A stretch of 64,000 nt of DNA, from the NCBI GenBank assembly GCA_964472495.1, contig CAYYLD010000001.1, forward strand, positions 21,294-85,293, given 5' to 3'. The notes beneath the pieces are model-generated. The model saw only the letters and a list, made by a program, of their open reading frames with translations. It made no database searches and was not told where the DNA came from. The first letter of the stretch is position 1; the number at the start of each line of letters is the position of its first letter. The position numbers were made by a program, and so were the translations under genes. This DNA comes from an uncultured Candidatus Saccharibacteria bacterium. Its GTDB lineage: Bacteria > Patescibacteriota > Minisyncoccia > Portnoybacterales > UBA2143. Shown here piece by piece: positions 39,971 through 49,151 of the stretch.

Positions 39971-41218
39971 CTAAGGTAAAAAACCTCGGAACCATCCTTT
40001 AATTTTGTTAATTGTTGGAGCAACTGGAAATCGCCCTAAAGGAATAGTCCGCAGACGGCCACTTTTAAGTTGTTCATCTATACTCCAAAAAATTAAACCG
40101 ACGGCTGTGGCAAAAGCTGGGTCATCAACTTCCTCTACAATACCTTCTAATTCTAAGGGAAAACCCACTTGGGCTGGCAACTTCAATCCTTCTTTGGCCA
40201 AATCGACCAAGCCGGGTATTTTTGCCCCACCGCCCAAAAGAACAACGCCGGCCGGCAGCAATCCCTGTCGGTCAATCCGCTTCAGCTCTTTGTTGACCAG
40301 CTCAAAAATTTCACTTAAGCGAGCCTCGATTATTTCGGCCACCTGAATTCGAGGGACAACTCCTTTTTCCTGGTTAGCTAACTTAGATAAACTAATTGTA
40401 TCTTTCTTGCTAATTTCCGAGATTAGGGCTGTGCCATATTCTAATTTAACCCTTTCAGCTAAATCAATGTCGCTCCTTAAGCCGATAGCAATGTCGTTAG
40501 TAATATGAGAAGAACCGATTGGTAAAACACAACTATGAATGATATCGCCTTCTTCAAACACTGTCAAGCTGGCTGTACCGCCGCCCAGATCCAGAGCCAA
40601 AACGCCCAACTCTTTCTGGCGCTTAGTTAAAGCAGCCCGCGAGGCGGCCAAAGGGGCCAAAACTAAACCCTCTATTTCCAAACCAGCTTCGGAAATACAT
40701 TTGGTCAAATTCTTGATAAAGGGAGTCGCCCCCTCAATAATCAAAGTATCTACCTCTAATCTGACGCCGTTCATACCGACCGGGTCTTTAATGCCGATTT
40801 GGTCGTCAACCGAAAAAGAACGGGGGATAATATGAAGAATTTCCCGATTAGGTGAAATAGAGATGGCTGAAGCGGCATTGATGGCCCGTTCAACATCTTC
40901 TCGCGAAATCTCGCCATCAGCCCGAGAAACGGCCACTACGCCTTTACTGGTTCGAGAAGTAATATGATTACCGCTCAAACTGACATAGGCCCGTTCAATG
41001 GAAACCCCACTATTCCGCTCGGCCTCCTGGACTGATTGACTGATATTCTTGACTGCTTCTTCAATATCAACGACCACTCCTCGCCGCAAACCAAAAGAAG
41101 GTACCTGACTAACGCCAATAATCTGAGGCTTGGTCTGGTCAGCCCTTATTTTAGCGACAACTGTTCGAACAAAGCAACTACCGACATCTAAACCAACAAT
41201 GATAGTTTCTTTAGCCAT
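39971..41218 (-). CDS. ftsA: cell division protein FtsA
   Basis: VGLDVGS, DLGGGT, ITNDIA, GGGAKIPG; upstream of ftsZ. Confidence 0.97.
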   Translation of the reverse strand: MAKETIIVGLDVGSCFVRTVVAKIRADQTKPQIIGVSQVPSFGLRRGVVVDIEEAVKNISQSVQEAERNSGVSIERAYVSLSGNHITSRTSKGVVAVSRADGEISREDVERAINAASAISISPNREILHIIPRSFSVDDQIGIKDPVGMNGVRLEVDTLIIEGATPFIKNLTKCISEAGLEIEGLVLAPLAASRAALTKRQKELGVLALDLGGGTASLTVFEEGDIIHSCVLPIGSSHITNDIAIGLRSDIDLAERVKLEYGTALISEISKKDTISLSKLANQEKGVVPRIQVAEIIEARLSEIFELVNKELKRIDRQGLLPAGVVLLGGGAKIPGLVDLAKEGLKLPAQVGFPLELEGIVEEVDDPAFATAVGLIFWSIDEQLKSGRLRTIPLGRFPVAPTINKIKGWFRGFLP

Positions 41219-41705
41219 AATTCACTTTTTTTAATATTTTCTCTTCCATTGCCTTCATCTCTTTCGCTTCTTGTTTATTTTGCTCATGGTCATAGCCCAG
41301 TAAATGAAGTATCCCATGGATTAATAAAATGGTCAATTCCTTTTTTAAAGGATGACCTAAGCGCTTGGCCTGTTTCTTGGCTCGGGGATAGCAAATAATA
41401 ACTTCTCCCAGCCGCTTAATTTTGTCCGGCGGCTCAACAAATTCAATGTCTCGGCCTTTTCTCAAACGAGGGAAGGCCTTGGCTAAATAGGGTAAAACTG
41501 ATTTATCACCAAAAGCCAGGACATCAGTTGCCCGATTTCTCCCCCGATAGATTTTATTCAACTTTCTCATCCGGCCATCACCAACAATAGCCAAACTGAT
41601 TTCTGTCTTATCTTTAACCCCAACAGTTTTCAAAACAACTTCAGCTATTTTTTGAAACAGCTTCTCATCTATCTCATTCTGAGTAAAATTATGAATTTCC
41701 AACAT
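41211..41705 (-). CDS. ybeY: endoribonuclease YbeY
   Basis: TDVLAF, LGEVII, HGILHLLGYDH. Confidence 0.95.
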   Translation of the reverse strand: MLEIHNFTQNEIDEKLFQKIAEVVLKTVGVKDKTEISLAIVGDGRMRKLNKIYRGRNRATDVLAFGDKSVLPYLAKAFPRLRKGRDIEFVEPPDKIKRLGEVIICYPRAKKQAKRLGHPLKKELTILLIHGILHLLGYDHEQNKQEAKEMKAMEEKILKKVNYG

Positions 41706-42952
41706 TAGTCAATGAATTTAAAAGTGGAAAGGATTTGGTCAAATTCCTCTCTATAACTTTCGGTAATCAATGCAAAAGATATTACTTTTTTATAGACATC
41801 ATGGTTTCCTAATGTGAAAGAGGATTTAGTTTTGTCTTCAAAATCTCCAACAATTGCGATAATCGGGTCTTCTCCTCTACTCCAAGCTCCCATACTCCAT
41901 GTTTTCCATTCTGATAGAAATCCAATTGTTTTATTATCATCAATAATCTTCTGATAAGTTATGAGTTCGCTTTTTTCTTCTCCTATAAACATTCTTGGCT
42001 CATCGTTTTTGATGGCTTCTTCAAAAGTTTCTCCCTGGATGTTTAAATTTCTTGACCAGGAATTGTTTGCTATCATGACATTTCCTTCTTTGTCATATAT
42101 AGCGCCGATGGTATAACCCATACCCTTCTTATAATCCCAATCCTTAGGATATTTTACTTCAAATCCATACTCTTCGTTGCGGTAAGTTTGCCAGTCGGCT
42201 GTGTCAGCTTCAATGAATTTAAAAGTGGAAAGGATTAGTTTTATCGTTTTCAACTCTGTTGAATCAGCTTTAAACCCGGGGAAAGGGAAATTTGTATCAA
42301 CATGTATAAATATCTCATGTCCATCGACAATGATTGGCTCCTCTAAAAACTGTATGCAGTAAATATATCCCTCGTCTATTGTATATCTTACTTTGGTACT
42401 AATACCACCAACAAGGATATCATCATCTACACGAACTCCGCCTCCTAATCCCGTACCCATATCGTAATGAACCCGTATATTCTTTTCGTCTTCGCGTCTT
42501 AACCCGAAATGGATAAAAAAATCTTCAGATACAGGAGAGAAAATAGTATATTTTACATAATCATAATCTTCGTTACCGACTGCGATTGGCATTGATTGGG
42601 CATCCGAAAAAATTTCTTCAGTTTTCCAATCCTCCGGATACTTCAGCTCAAACCCATATTCTTCATTCCGATAAGTCTGCCAGTCGGCTGTTTGGTCAGT
42701 TGGTTCTTCAGCCGGTTCTTCCTCGCCAGCCGTGGGCAATTCAACTGGTTCTGACTGAGGAGCGAAATAGTGATAAGCGCCGTAGCTGATTAAGCCGACT
42801 ATCATAACTGATAGAACCACAATCAAAACAGATGCCCACGCAGGCAAACCGGATTTTTGAGGCATCTCCGGCTGAATACTCGGTTGGGCCTGCTGCGATT
42901 CTTGGGGAATATTCGGCTGATTAGGTTGATTTGGTTGGGTTGATTGATCCAT
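41705..42952 (-). CDS. membrane-anchored surface protein with two PsbP-like modules
   Basis: QP-rich N-terminus, one TM, two modules starting TADWQTYRNEEYGFE(L/V)KYP and ending ILSTFKFI. Confidence 0.8.
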   Translation of the reverse strand: MDQSTQPNQPNQPNIPQESQQAQPSIQPEMPQKSGLPAWASVLIVVLSVMIVGLISYGAYHYFAPQSEPVELPTAGEEEPAEEPTDQTADWQTYRNEEYGFELKYPEDWKTEEIFSDAQSMPIAVGNEDYDYVKYTIFSPVSEDFFIHFGLRREDEKNIRVHYDMGTGLGGGVRVDDDILVGGISTKVRYTIDEGYIYCIQFLEEPIIVDGHEIFIHVDTNFPFPGFKADSTELKTIKLILSTFKFIEADTADWQTYRNEEYGFEVKYPKDWDYKKGMGYTIGAIYDKEGNVMIANNSWSRNLNIQGETFEEAIKNDEPRMFIGEEKSELITYQKIIDDNKTIGFLSEWKTWSMGAWSRGEDPIIAIVGDFEDKTKSSFTLGNHDVYKKVISFALITESYREEFDQILSTFKFID

Positions 42953-43040
42953 CGATTTAAGGATCGTCTTTTCGGATACGTCCTCGCTTACGGCGAGGGC
43001 ATAATCCTCAATGGCAATCCTTAAATCCGTATATCAGAGC

Positions 43041-43538
43041 TTAAGCTTTCCCAAGTTCTTCCTGAACAATTTTATTGACCAGATTTCCATCAGCTTTGCC
43101 CTTTAACTGGGTCATCAGCGCGCCCATAACTTTACCGGTATCCTTGGGACCACTGGCTCCCAATTCTTCTATTTTCTCCTTAACTAATTTACTGATTTCT
43201 TCTTCAGGCATCTGTTCGGGTAAATAACTGACCAAAATTTTTAATTCTTTTTTCTCCTGGTCAGCCAAGTCCTGGCGATTGCCTTTTTCATATTGTTCAA
43301 TGGAATCCTTTCGTTTTTTCGCTTCACTAGAAATAACTTCCGTGGTTTCCTCATCGGTCAACTTGCTCAATTTGTCCAATTTCTCCAAATCTTCTCCGCT
43401 TTTGCTTAATTTAGCTCTCTTTTCTTTTTCCTTATTAAAAACAGCAGCCATCAACATACGCAAAACCGAGACCTTTAATTGGTCCCTAGCTTGCATGGCT
43501 TTCTTGGTATCAGCTTGGATTTTTTCTTTAAGCGACAT
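43041..43538 (-). CDS. GatB/YqeY domain protein
   Basis: KKRKDSIEQY, YLPEQM, GKVMG, GKADG. Confidence 0.93.
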   Translation of the reverse strand: MSLKEKIQADTKKAMQARDQLKVSVLRMLMAAVFNKEKEKRAKLSKSGEDLEKLDKLSKLTDEETTEVISSEAKKRKDSIEQYEKGNRQDLADQEKKELKILVSYLPEQMPEEEISKLVKEKIEELGASGPKDTGKVMGALMTQLKGKADGNLVNKIVQEELGKA

Positions 43539-43544
43539 TCAGAT

Positions 43545-43787
43545 TTATCTCCTTTTCCATTTGGGCTCCTCTTCTAAAAGTCCCATTTTTCTCAATTTCT
43601 CTTTTTCTTTGCCGATGCGGGTTCTCCTTAAGGCGCTGGCTCGTCTTTCTCGTTTAGTCTTCCCTCTTTCGCGGAATCTGGCTTTGCGAGCCCGAATCAA
43701 AATACCGCTTTGTTGGATTCTGCGGGTAAAGCGTCTTAACAAACTGCGAGGATTTTCTCGCTCCCTTTTTTTAACCTCAATAACCAC
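43545..43787 (-). CDS. rpsU: 30S ribosomal protein S21
   Basis: ENPRSLLRRFTRRIQQSG; upstream of the yqeY gene; GGAGGTG SD before GTG 43787. Confidence 0.8.
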   Translation of the reverse strand: MVIEVKKRERENPRSLLRRFTRRIQQSGILIRARKARFRERGKTKRERRASALRRTRIGKEKEKLRKMGLLEEEPKWKRR

Positions 43788-43802
43788 ATAAGTCACCTCC
43801 TT

Positions 43803-44372
43803 TTACGGTTTGATTTCTTTTTCCTTATCAATTAATTTAATCAGTTTTTCGACTAATTTTTGGGGGTCAGAATCGTAAACGATTTTACCTGGTCCTCGGT
43901 GAGAATTAGCGACAATTTCTTTAATCATATCAGCCGTACCACCGGTGCCGGTCAAAACGCCTATCGGCTTTCTGTCCTCAAAAGCGATACTGAATTCGTT
44001 CAGGGTACCCATCCGACCGCAAACAATGATGACCGCATCAGAAGAACGGGTCAAAAGCAAATTGCGGCCAGCGTATTCAAATCCGGTGTAAATAACTAAA
44101 TCATGGAAATCAACCGGCAGACGATATTTTCTCAAATGAGCTTTTTCGGAAGCAGCTGGCGAAAGACCGACAACGATACCGTTAACCTCTTTAGCTCCGA
44201 TAGCCGCCCAATAAGGAACGCCTGTGGTCGCTCCGGTAACCAAAACTCCATTTTGTTTAACAATCTGGCGGCCTAATTCTTTGGCTAAATCCAAGGCATT
44301 CTTGGAACAATGATTGGTTTCAGCCGCTCCGGAAACACAAATTTTGTATTTTAAGTATTTTTTCTTTTCCAT
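43803..44372 (-). CDS. LOG family (TIGR00725-like) protein
   Basis: TGATTG, GRNLLLTRSSD, GRMGTLNEF. Confidence 0.88.
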   Translation of the reverse strand: MEKKKYLKYKICVSGAAETNHCSKNALDLAKELGRQIVKQNGVLVTGATTGVPYWAAIGAKEVNGIVVGLSPAASEKAHLRKYRLPVDFHDLVIYTGFEYAGRNLLLTRSSDAVIIVCGRMGTLNEFSIAFEDRKPIGVLTGTGGTADMIKEIVANSHRGPGKIVYDSDPQKLVEKLIKLIDKEKEIKP

Positions 44373-44391
44373 CTACTTTAGCTTACTATTT

Positions 44392-45789
44392 TTATCGCTT
44401 TTTGTCAAAAGAGAGGTCGATTACTTGGCCCGTTTCCGGCGCTTCGGCGGCTAATCCTAAATGGTCTTTAATCTTCTGGGTCAAAGCCAAGGCCGGTTTT
44501 TCCTCGCCCTGAACAACAAAGACTTTCTTGAGCGTCTTCTTCATCGGTCTAAGCCAAGCCAAAAGTGTTTCTTGGTCAGCATGAGCTGAATAACCGCCAA
44601 TCGCCCTAATTTGTATCTTAACCGGCACTGCTTGACCGAATATTCTGACTGTTTTTGCCCCATCTAAAATCTTTCGACCGATTGTCCCGGGAACCTGATA
44701 ACAAATAATCAAGAGAGTATTTTTCGGGTCGGCTAAATATATTTTTTCGTGATGTAAAATACGACCGCCGGTTGACATACCCGAACCGGCAATAATCACT
44801 TTAGGCGGCTTAGTTTGATTAATCGCTTTGGACTCGGGGACGGTTGGCGTCATTTTCAAACCGGGAAATTTAAAAAGATTATCGCCGGACTCAATCAGAT
44901 AACTGGCTTCCTGATTGAAATATTGAGGATATTTCTGATAAATTTGAGTCAATTCAATGGCCAGAGGACTATCAAGAAAAATAGGCAACTGAGGGATACG
45001 GTGATTTTCAACCAATTCGTTCAATTCGTAGAGAATTTCTTGAGTTCGTTCCAAAGCAAAAGTCGGAATAAGTAAGACACCTCCTCGGCTGACTGCCTCT
45101 TCAATCGTATCTTCTAATAAATCTTTACGCTGTTTTTTATCTTCATGGAGACGGTCACCATAAGTTGATTCAATAACGACATAGTCAGCCTGGTCAATAA
45201 ACTCGGTCGGTCTTAGAAGAGGTACCGGCGGATTACCCAAATCCCCCGAAAAAACTATTTTCCGCCAAGGGCGGACCCGCCTCTGGCGGGTTTCATCCTT
45301 TGCCCAAACCTCAATAAAGGCCGAACCTAAAATATGACCGGCCTCTCTGAAACAAAAAGAAATCTCTTCGTTTAACTTGATTTGTTCTCCGTAATCTACT
45401 CCTTGAAAAAGAGCTAAAGTTTGCTCTACGTCAGCTCGGTCAAAAAAAGATGGCTGACCTGTTATCTGGGCAATTTCCTGTTGAATTTCTTCGGCGTCAA
45501 AAAGCATTATCCGGCTAAAATCCTTAGTTGGCTTGGTGGCTAAAATTTTCCCCCGGAAACCTTCCTTGACCAAGCGGGGCAAACGGCCGATATGGTCAAT
45601 ATGGGCGTGAGTAATCAAAACGGCCTCGATTTCTCGAGGTGAATAAGGAAATTTTTGGCGATTCATCTTCCGAGCCGCTCCGCCACCTTGAAACAAACCA
45701 CAATCAACTAAGATTTTGGTTTGCTTGGTCTCCAATAAATAATTAACGCCAGTTACCCATCTGGCCCCACCGTAAAAATGTAGTTTCAT
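44392..45789 (-). CDS. MBL-fold beta-CASP RNA-processing nuclease
   Basis: THAHIDH, AGHILGS, FSGDLG, ESTYG, YSAHAD. Confidence 0.93.
   Translation of the reverse strand: MKLHFYGGARWVTGVNYLLETKQTKILVDCGLFQGGGAARKMNRQKFPYSPREIEAVLITHAHIDHIGRLPRLVKEGFRGKILATKPTKDFSRIMLFDAEEIQQEIAQITGQPSFFDRADVEQTLALFQGVDYGEQIKLNEEISFCFREAGHILGSAFIEVWAKDETRQRRVRPWRKIVFSGDLGNPPVPLLRPTEFIDQADYVVIESTYGDRLHEDKKQRKDLLEDTIEEAVSRGGVLLIPTFALERTQEILYELNELVENHRIPQLPIFLDSPLAIELTQIYQKYPQYFNQEASYLIESGDNLFKFPGLKMTPTVPESKAINQTKPPKVIIAGSGMSTGGRILHHEKIYLADPKNTLLIICYQVPGTIGRKILDGAKTVRIFGQAVPVKIQIRAIGGYSAHADQETLLAWLRPMKKTLKKVFVVQGEEKPALALTQKIKDHLGLAAEAPETGQVIDLSFDKKR
45261..45290. repeat. 30-bp palindromic element, in frame inside the beta-CASP gene
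   Basis: TCCGCCAAGGGCGGACCCGCCTCTGGCGGG (read as TRQRRVRPWRK on the minus strand). Confidence 0.75.
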
Positions 45790-45832
45790 TAACTTTATCC
45801 TATCAGAATCTTTTTAAAAATAAAAGCCATTA

Positions 45833-45942
45833 TTAAAGGGCGTACCTTAAAAGTACACCCTTGCTCAACCATCACTCTTAAAATATTCCTTAATCAATAA
45901 ATTTTAGATGGAAAGGGTGTACTTTTAAGGCACGCCCTTTAA
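45833..45942. repeat. REP-like doublet: 30-bp inverted repeat whose arms are themselves palindromic
   Basis: TTAAAGGGCGTACCTTAAAAGTACACCCTT versus 45913-45942, 29/30 match. Confidence 0.8.
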
Positions 45943-45952
45943 ACCTAATTGT

Positions 45953-46444
45953 TTATATGTATTTGTCCGCCACATGAGAAGCGGCGTAAGATTCTGGCTT
46001 AATTTTAGCTTTAAAACCATTACCTCGAACCATGCCAACCACTTCTTTAATCATTTCCCGGGTCGGCCCGTTTTGCCCGACATCAATGTGAATTTGGAAA
46101 TCGTAGTTAGGTAAATCAGACTTAGTCAATGAGGTTTTTAATTGTTTAAGCATATCTTGAGCCACCTGTAAAGATAAAGCTACCTCCTGATAAATACGGT
46201 CGCGAAGCGTATGATAGATTCTATGTCCATTGGTCCTTTTCCAAAAATAGCGGCCGCCGTGACCAATCCGATAGACAATTACGGCCGTAACAAAATCAGC
46301 CCTCTTGTCACCATTAGAATCAGTGCCGACAACTAAGCGATATTTTGATTGATCATCTTGGCTAATAAAACTAGCTATTTCCTTGGTTACCCTGGTTAGT
46401 TGAAGACGACCCTTGGTTGGACTATGGAAAAAATCACTTTTCAT
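45953..46444 (-). CDS. RNase H-like YkuK (DUF458) family protein
   Basis: VGTDS, GHGGRYF, IHIDVG, KIKPESYAASHVAD. Confidence 0.9.
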   Translation of the reverse strand: MKSDFFHSPTKGRLQLTRVTKEIASFISQDDQSKYRLVVGTDSNGDKRADFVTAVIVYRIGHGGRYFWKRTNGHRIYHTLRDRIYQEVALSLQVAQDMLKQLKTSLTKSDLPNYDFQIHIDVGQNGPTREMIKEVVGMVRGNGFKAKIKPESYAASHVADKYI

Positions 46445-46530
46445 CTTAATTCCAATATACTATTTTATCTCTTTTTTGGCAAGCCCTTTTGCGGCGGCGA
46501 ACTTCGGCCGGCTCCCGTTAATCGGCCTGA

Positions 46531-46692
46531 TTAAGAAGAAGCAAGTTTGTTTCTTTCTAATCCCAATTTCTGGTAAATTTGGTAAATCTTTTTCTTTTGT
46601 TCGGCTACGTTTAAAATCTCCCGTCTAAGGTGGGCCTTTTCTTGGCGAATATATTTACGGATACCTTCCGGCAATCTTTTTCTTCTGGTCAT
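46531..46692 (-). CDS. small basic hypothetical protein (53 aa)
   Basis: MTRRKRLPEGIRKYIRQEKAHLRREILNVAEQKKKIYQIYQKLGLERNKLASS; fills the gap on the operon strand. Confidence 0.6.
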   Translation of the reverse strand: MTRRKRLPEGIRKYIRQEKAHLRREILNVAEQKKKIYQIYQKLGLERNKLASS

Positions 46693-46754
46693 AATTCTAA
46701 CCCAATGAAAGGCCCTTGAGGAAAATTCAAGAGCCTGTTTTTTATTGATTTATT

Positions 46755-48194
46755 CTATTCCCCCTTAATCACGGCCAAAGGAACTAAGCGAGCCACTTTC
46801 TTGGATAAACCAGCCTGATGGACTACTTCAATAACATTATCAATATTCTTATAAGCCAAGGGAGCTTCCTCGGCTATCCCTCGCAAAGAATGACATTTAA
46901 CGACAATGCCTTTGCTCTCCAATTGTCTGACTACTTCCGGACCGGAAATTCTTCTTCTGGCGGCATGACGGGACATTGTCCGGCCAGCGCCGTGACAAGT
47001 ACTGAAAAAACTTTCCTCGCCTTCCTTGGTGCCGACTAAAACATATGAAGCTGTCCCCATACTGCCGGGAATTAAAACCGGCTGGCCAACCGACTGATAC
47101 CTGGCTGGTATCTCTGAATGATCCGGCGGGAAAGCCCGGGTCGCCCCCTTCCGATGGACAATAACTTCGGTTTCTTTTCCTTCAATAACGTATTTTTCCT
47201 TTTTAATAATATTATGGGCAACATCATAGAGGACTTCAAGTTTTTCTTCCGGACCCAAGATTTTCCGCCAGGCCTGGCTGGTATAGTAAGCAATCATATG
47301 GCGATTAGCCCAGGCATAATTGGCCGCTGAAGCCATAGCCGCAAAATAACGCTGCCCCTCTGATGAATTAAAAGGAACGCAGGCGAATTCCTTATCGGGA
47401 ACTCTAATCTTATACCTTTCCATAGCCGGAATCATTGTTCTTAAATAATCAGTGCAGACCTGATGGCCAAGTCCCCGACTACCAGTATGAATCATCAGAA
47501 CAACCTGGTCTTCAAATAAGCCGAAAGCTTTGGCTACTTCCGGGTTAAAGATTTGGGCTACTTTTTGGATTTCTAAAAAATGATTGCCAGAGCCAAGCGT
47601 ACCCACTTGGTCACGGCCTCGATTTTTAGCCCTTTCAGAAACAGTTCGGCTGTCAGCCCAATCTAATTTGCCGCCGGCTTCACAATTCTCCACGTCTTCC
47701 TTTCGGCCATAGCCCTGCTTTAACAGAATATTAGTCCCTCCTTCTAAAATTTTGTCGATCTGTTCTATGGTCAATTTTATTTTTCTCCCCCGGCCCAGTC
47801 CGGAAGGAACTTGATTTTGAATTTCAGTGGCTAATTTATCCAAATGAGGTCCAATTTCTTTTTCGGTATGTTCCGATTTTAATAAACGCATACCGCAGTT
47901 GATATCATAGCCGCATATACCGGGCGAAATAATGCCATCAGAAATCCTGATAGCGGCCACCCCGCCAATCGGACTGGCATATCCTTCATGCATATCGGGC
48001 ATGGCTAAAGCATATTTCTGGAGGCCGGGTAAAGTGGCTATGTTAACCAGCTGTTCAAGCGATTTATCTTCAAAGCTTCCTTCCAGCATCTCCTCGGAAA
48101 GATAAGCCCGGGCCGGTACCCTCATATCCGACCGAAACTTCTTGGGAATCTCCCAAAGATAATCGTTAATTTTGACTAAATCTTTCTTAATCAT
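46755..48194 (-). CDS. rtcB: RNA-splicing/repair ligase RtcB
   Basis: MPDMHEGY, GYDINCG, GTLGSGNHF, HRKGAT, PGSMG, HGAGR, EEAPLAYK. Confidence 0.97.
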   Translation of the reverse strand: MIKKDLVKINDYLWEIPKKFRSDMRVPARAYLSEEMLEGSFEDKSLEQLVNIATLPGLQKYALAMPDMHEGYASPIGGVAAIRISDGIISPGICGYDINCGMRLLKSEHTEKEIGPHLDKLATEIQNQVPSGLGRGRKIKLTIEQIDKILEGGTNILLKQGYGRKEDVENCEAGGKLDWADSRTVSERAKNRGRDQVGTLGSGNHFLEIQKVAQIFNPEVAKAFGLFEDQVVLMIHTGSRGLGHQVCTDYLRTMIPAMERYKIRVPDKEFACVPFNSSEGQRYFAAMASAANYAWANRHMIAYYTSQAWRKILGPEEKLEVLYDVAHNIIKKEKYVIEGKETEVIVHRKGATRAFPPDHSEIPARYQSVGQPVLIPGSMGTASYVLVGTKEGEESFFSTCHGAGRTMSRHAARRRISGPEVVRQLESKGIVVKCHSLRGIAEEAPLAYKNIDNVIEVVHQAGLSKKVARLVPLAVIKGE

Positions 48195-48595
48195 ATGTCA
48201 AAAACTATTATCGCCTGCCACTGATTATTTGTTTCTTTAATCTCCAGTTGGTGATAAGTGGCTGCCTTAATCTCAAGCCGTTTCCGGTCAATTTTTCGGC
48301 CGGCTATCTTAGCTTTTAAGCGGTTTTTGGATAATTCTTCTATTTGGAAATTATTGTAAACTTTTTGGTTGAGGTCGCTGCGAGACAAAATCTCATTAAG
48401 CCAGTCAACTAAAAGAGAATTAAGGTCTGTTGATTTAATTTCTAATTGTTCCCATTCTTCAGCCGTCTTTTTAGCCGCCGGGTTCTGTTGTTCGGCTATA
48501 GCCAAAGCCGCATTAATAAAAAGCCCGGCTAAATCCTGACTATAAACTTTAATCTTTAAATCAGCTCTATGCTCTAAAAGCTCGTACTTCTTCAT
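48191..48595 (-). CDS. archease
   Basis: EHRAD, WLNEIL, IKAATYH, VFDI; overlaps the rtcB start. Confidence 0.93.
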   Translation of the reverse strand: MKKYELLEHRADLKIKVYSQDLAGLFINAALAIAEQQNPAAKKTAEEWEQLEIKSTDLNSLLVDWLNEILSRSDLNQKVYNNFQIEELSKNRLKAKIAGRKIDRKRLEIKAATYHQLEIKETNNQWQAIIVFDI

Positions 48596-48685
48596 GGTTT
48601 TATGATAACCATTTTCAAACCAAATTAAAAGGGCGAAGTGCCGAGAATAACACTTGCCCTTAATTCCTTGACCCGGCTCAAGTTC

Positions 48686-49066
48686 TTAAGCCGTCTTTTT
48701 ACAGGCCTGGGGAATAGAAATTTTCGCAGTTGATATCGGGTTTTCCCAAGGGGGACCCTCGCTAAAACAAAAGGATTCAACGGTTCCCGCTTCGATATCC
48801 ACTTCTAATGAAATTGCTCTTCCATCTCGGAAAATAACTTCAAATCTAAAAGGTTTACTGGTCCTCATCAACACCTTTTCAACTTTCGAAAGATTCCCGC
48901 CTACCGCTTCGGCCAAATCAATTAATCCAATAATACAATAATTGGACGGTATACTGATTATAACTTGCTCACCGTCCGAATCTACCTCGATCGAGGCCTT
49001 GGGCAGTTTGTATCTGGATGAAACAACAATCTTGGCCTTCGGCTTTTGCTCTTTTCTCTTAGTCAT
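48686..49066 (-). CDS. hypothetical protein
   Basis: 126-aa ORF with strong GGAGG SD and a downstream hairpin. Confidence 0.6.
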   Translation of the reverse strand: MTKRKEQKPKAKIVVSSRYKLPKASIEVDSDGEQVIISIPSNYCIIGLIDLAEAVGGNLSKVEKVLMRTSKPFRFEVIFRDGRAISLEVDIEAGTVESFCFSEGPPWENPISTAKISIPQACKKTA

Positions 49067-49151
49067 CCTCCCGTCCTCCTTCTTTAAAATTTATTAAGAA
49101 CCAATTTCTCGCCTTATGTTAACAAAAAATACCTAAGCGTCAAGTAAATAA

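Noticed and set aside
41453-41478. Hairpin GGCCTTTTCTC-AAAC-GAGGGAAGGCC in a YbeY loop insertion
   Set aside because: No similarity to the 30-bp element family and only one copy; could be chance.
46486-46530. GC-rich stretch considered as SRP RNA
   Set aside because: Lacks the conserved SRP domain IV motif and is too short.
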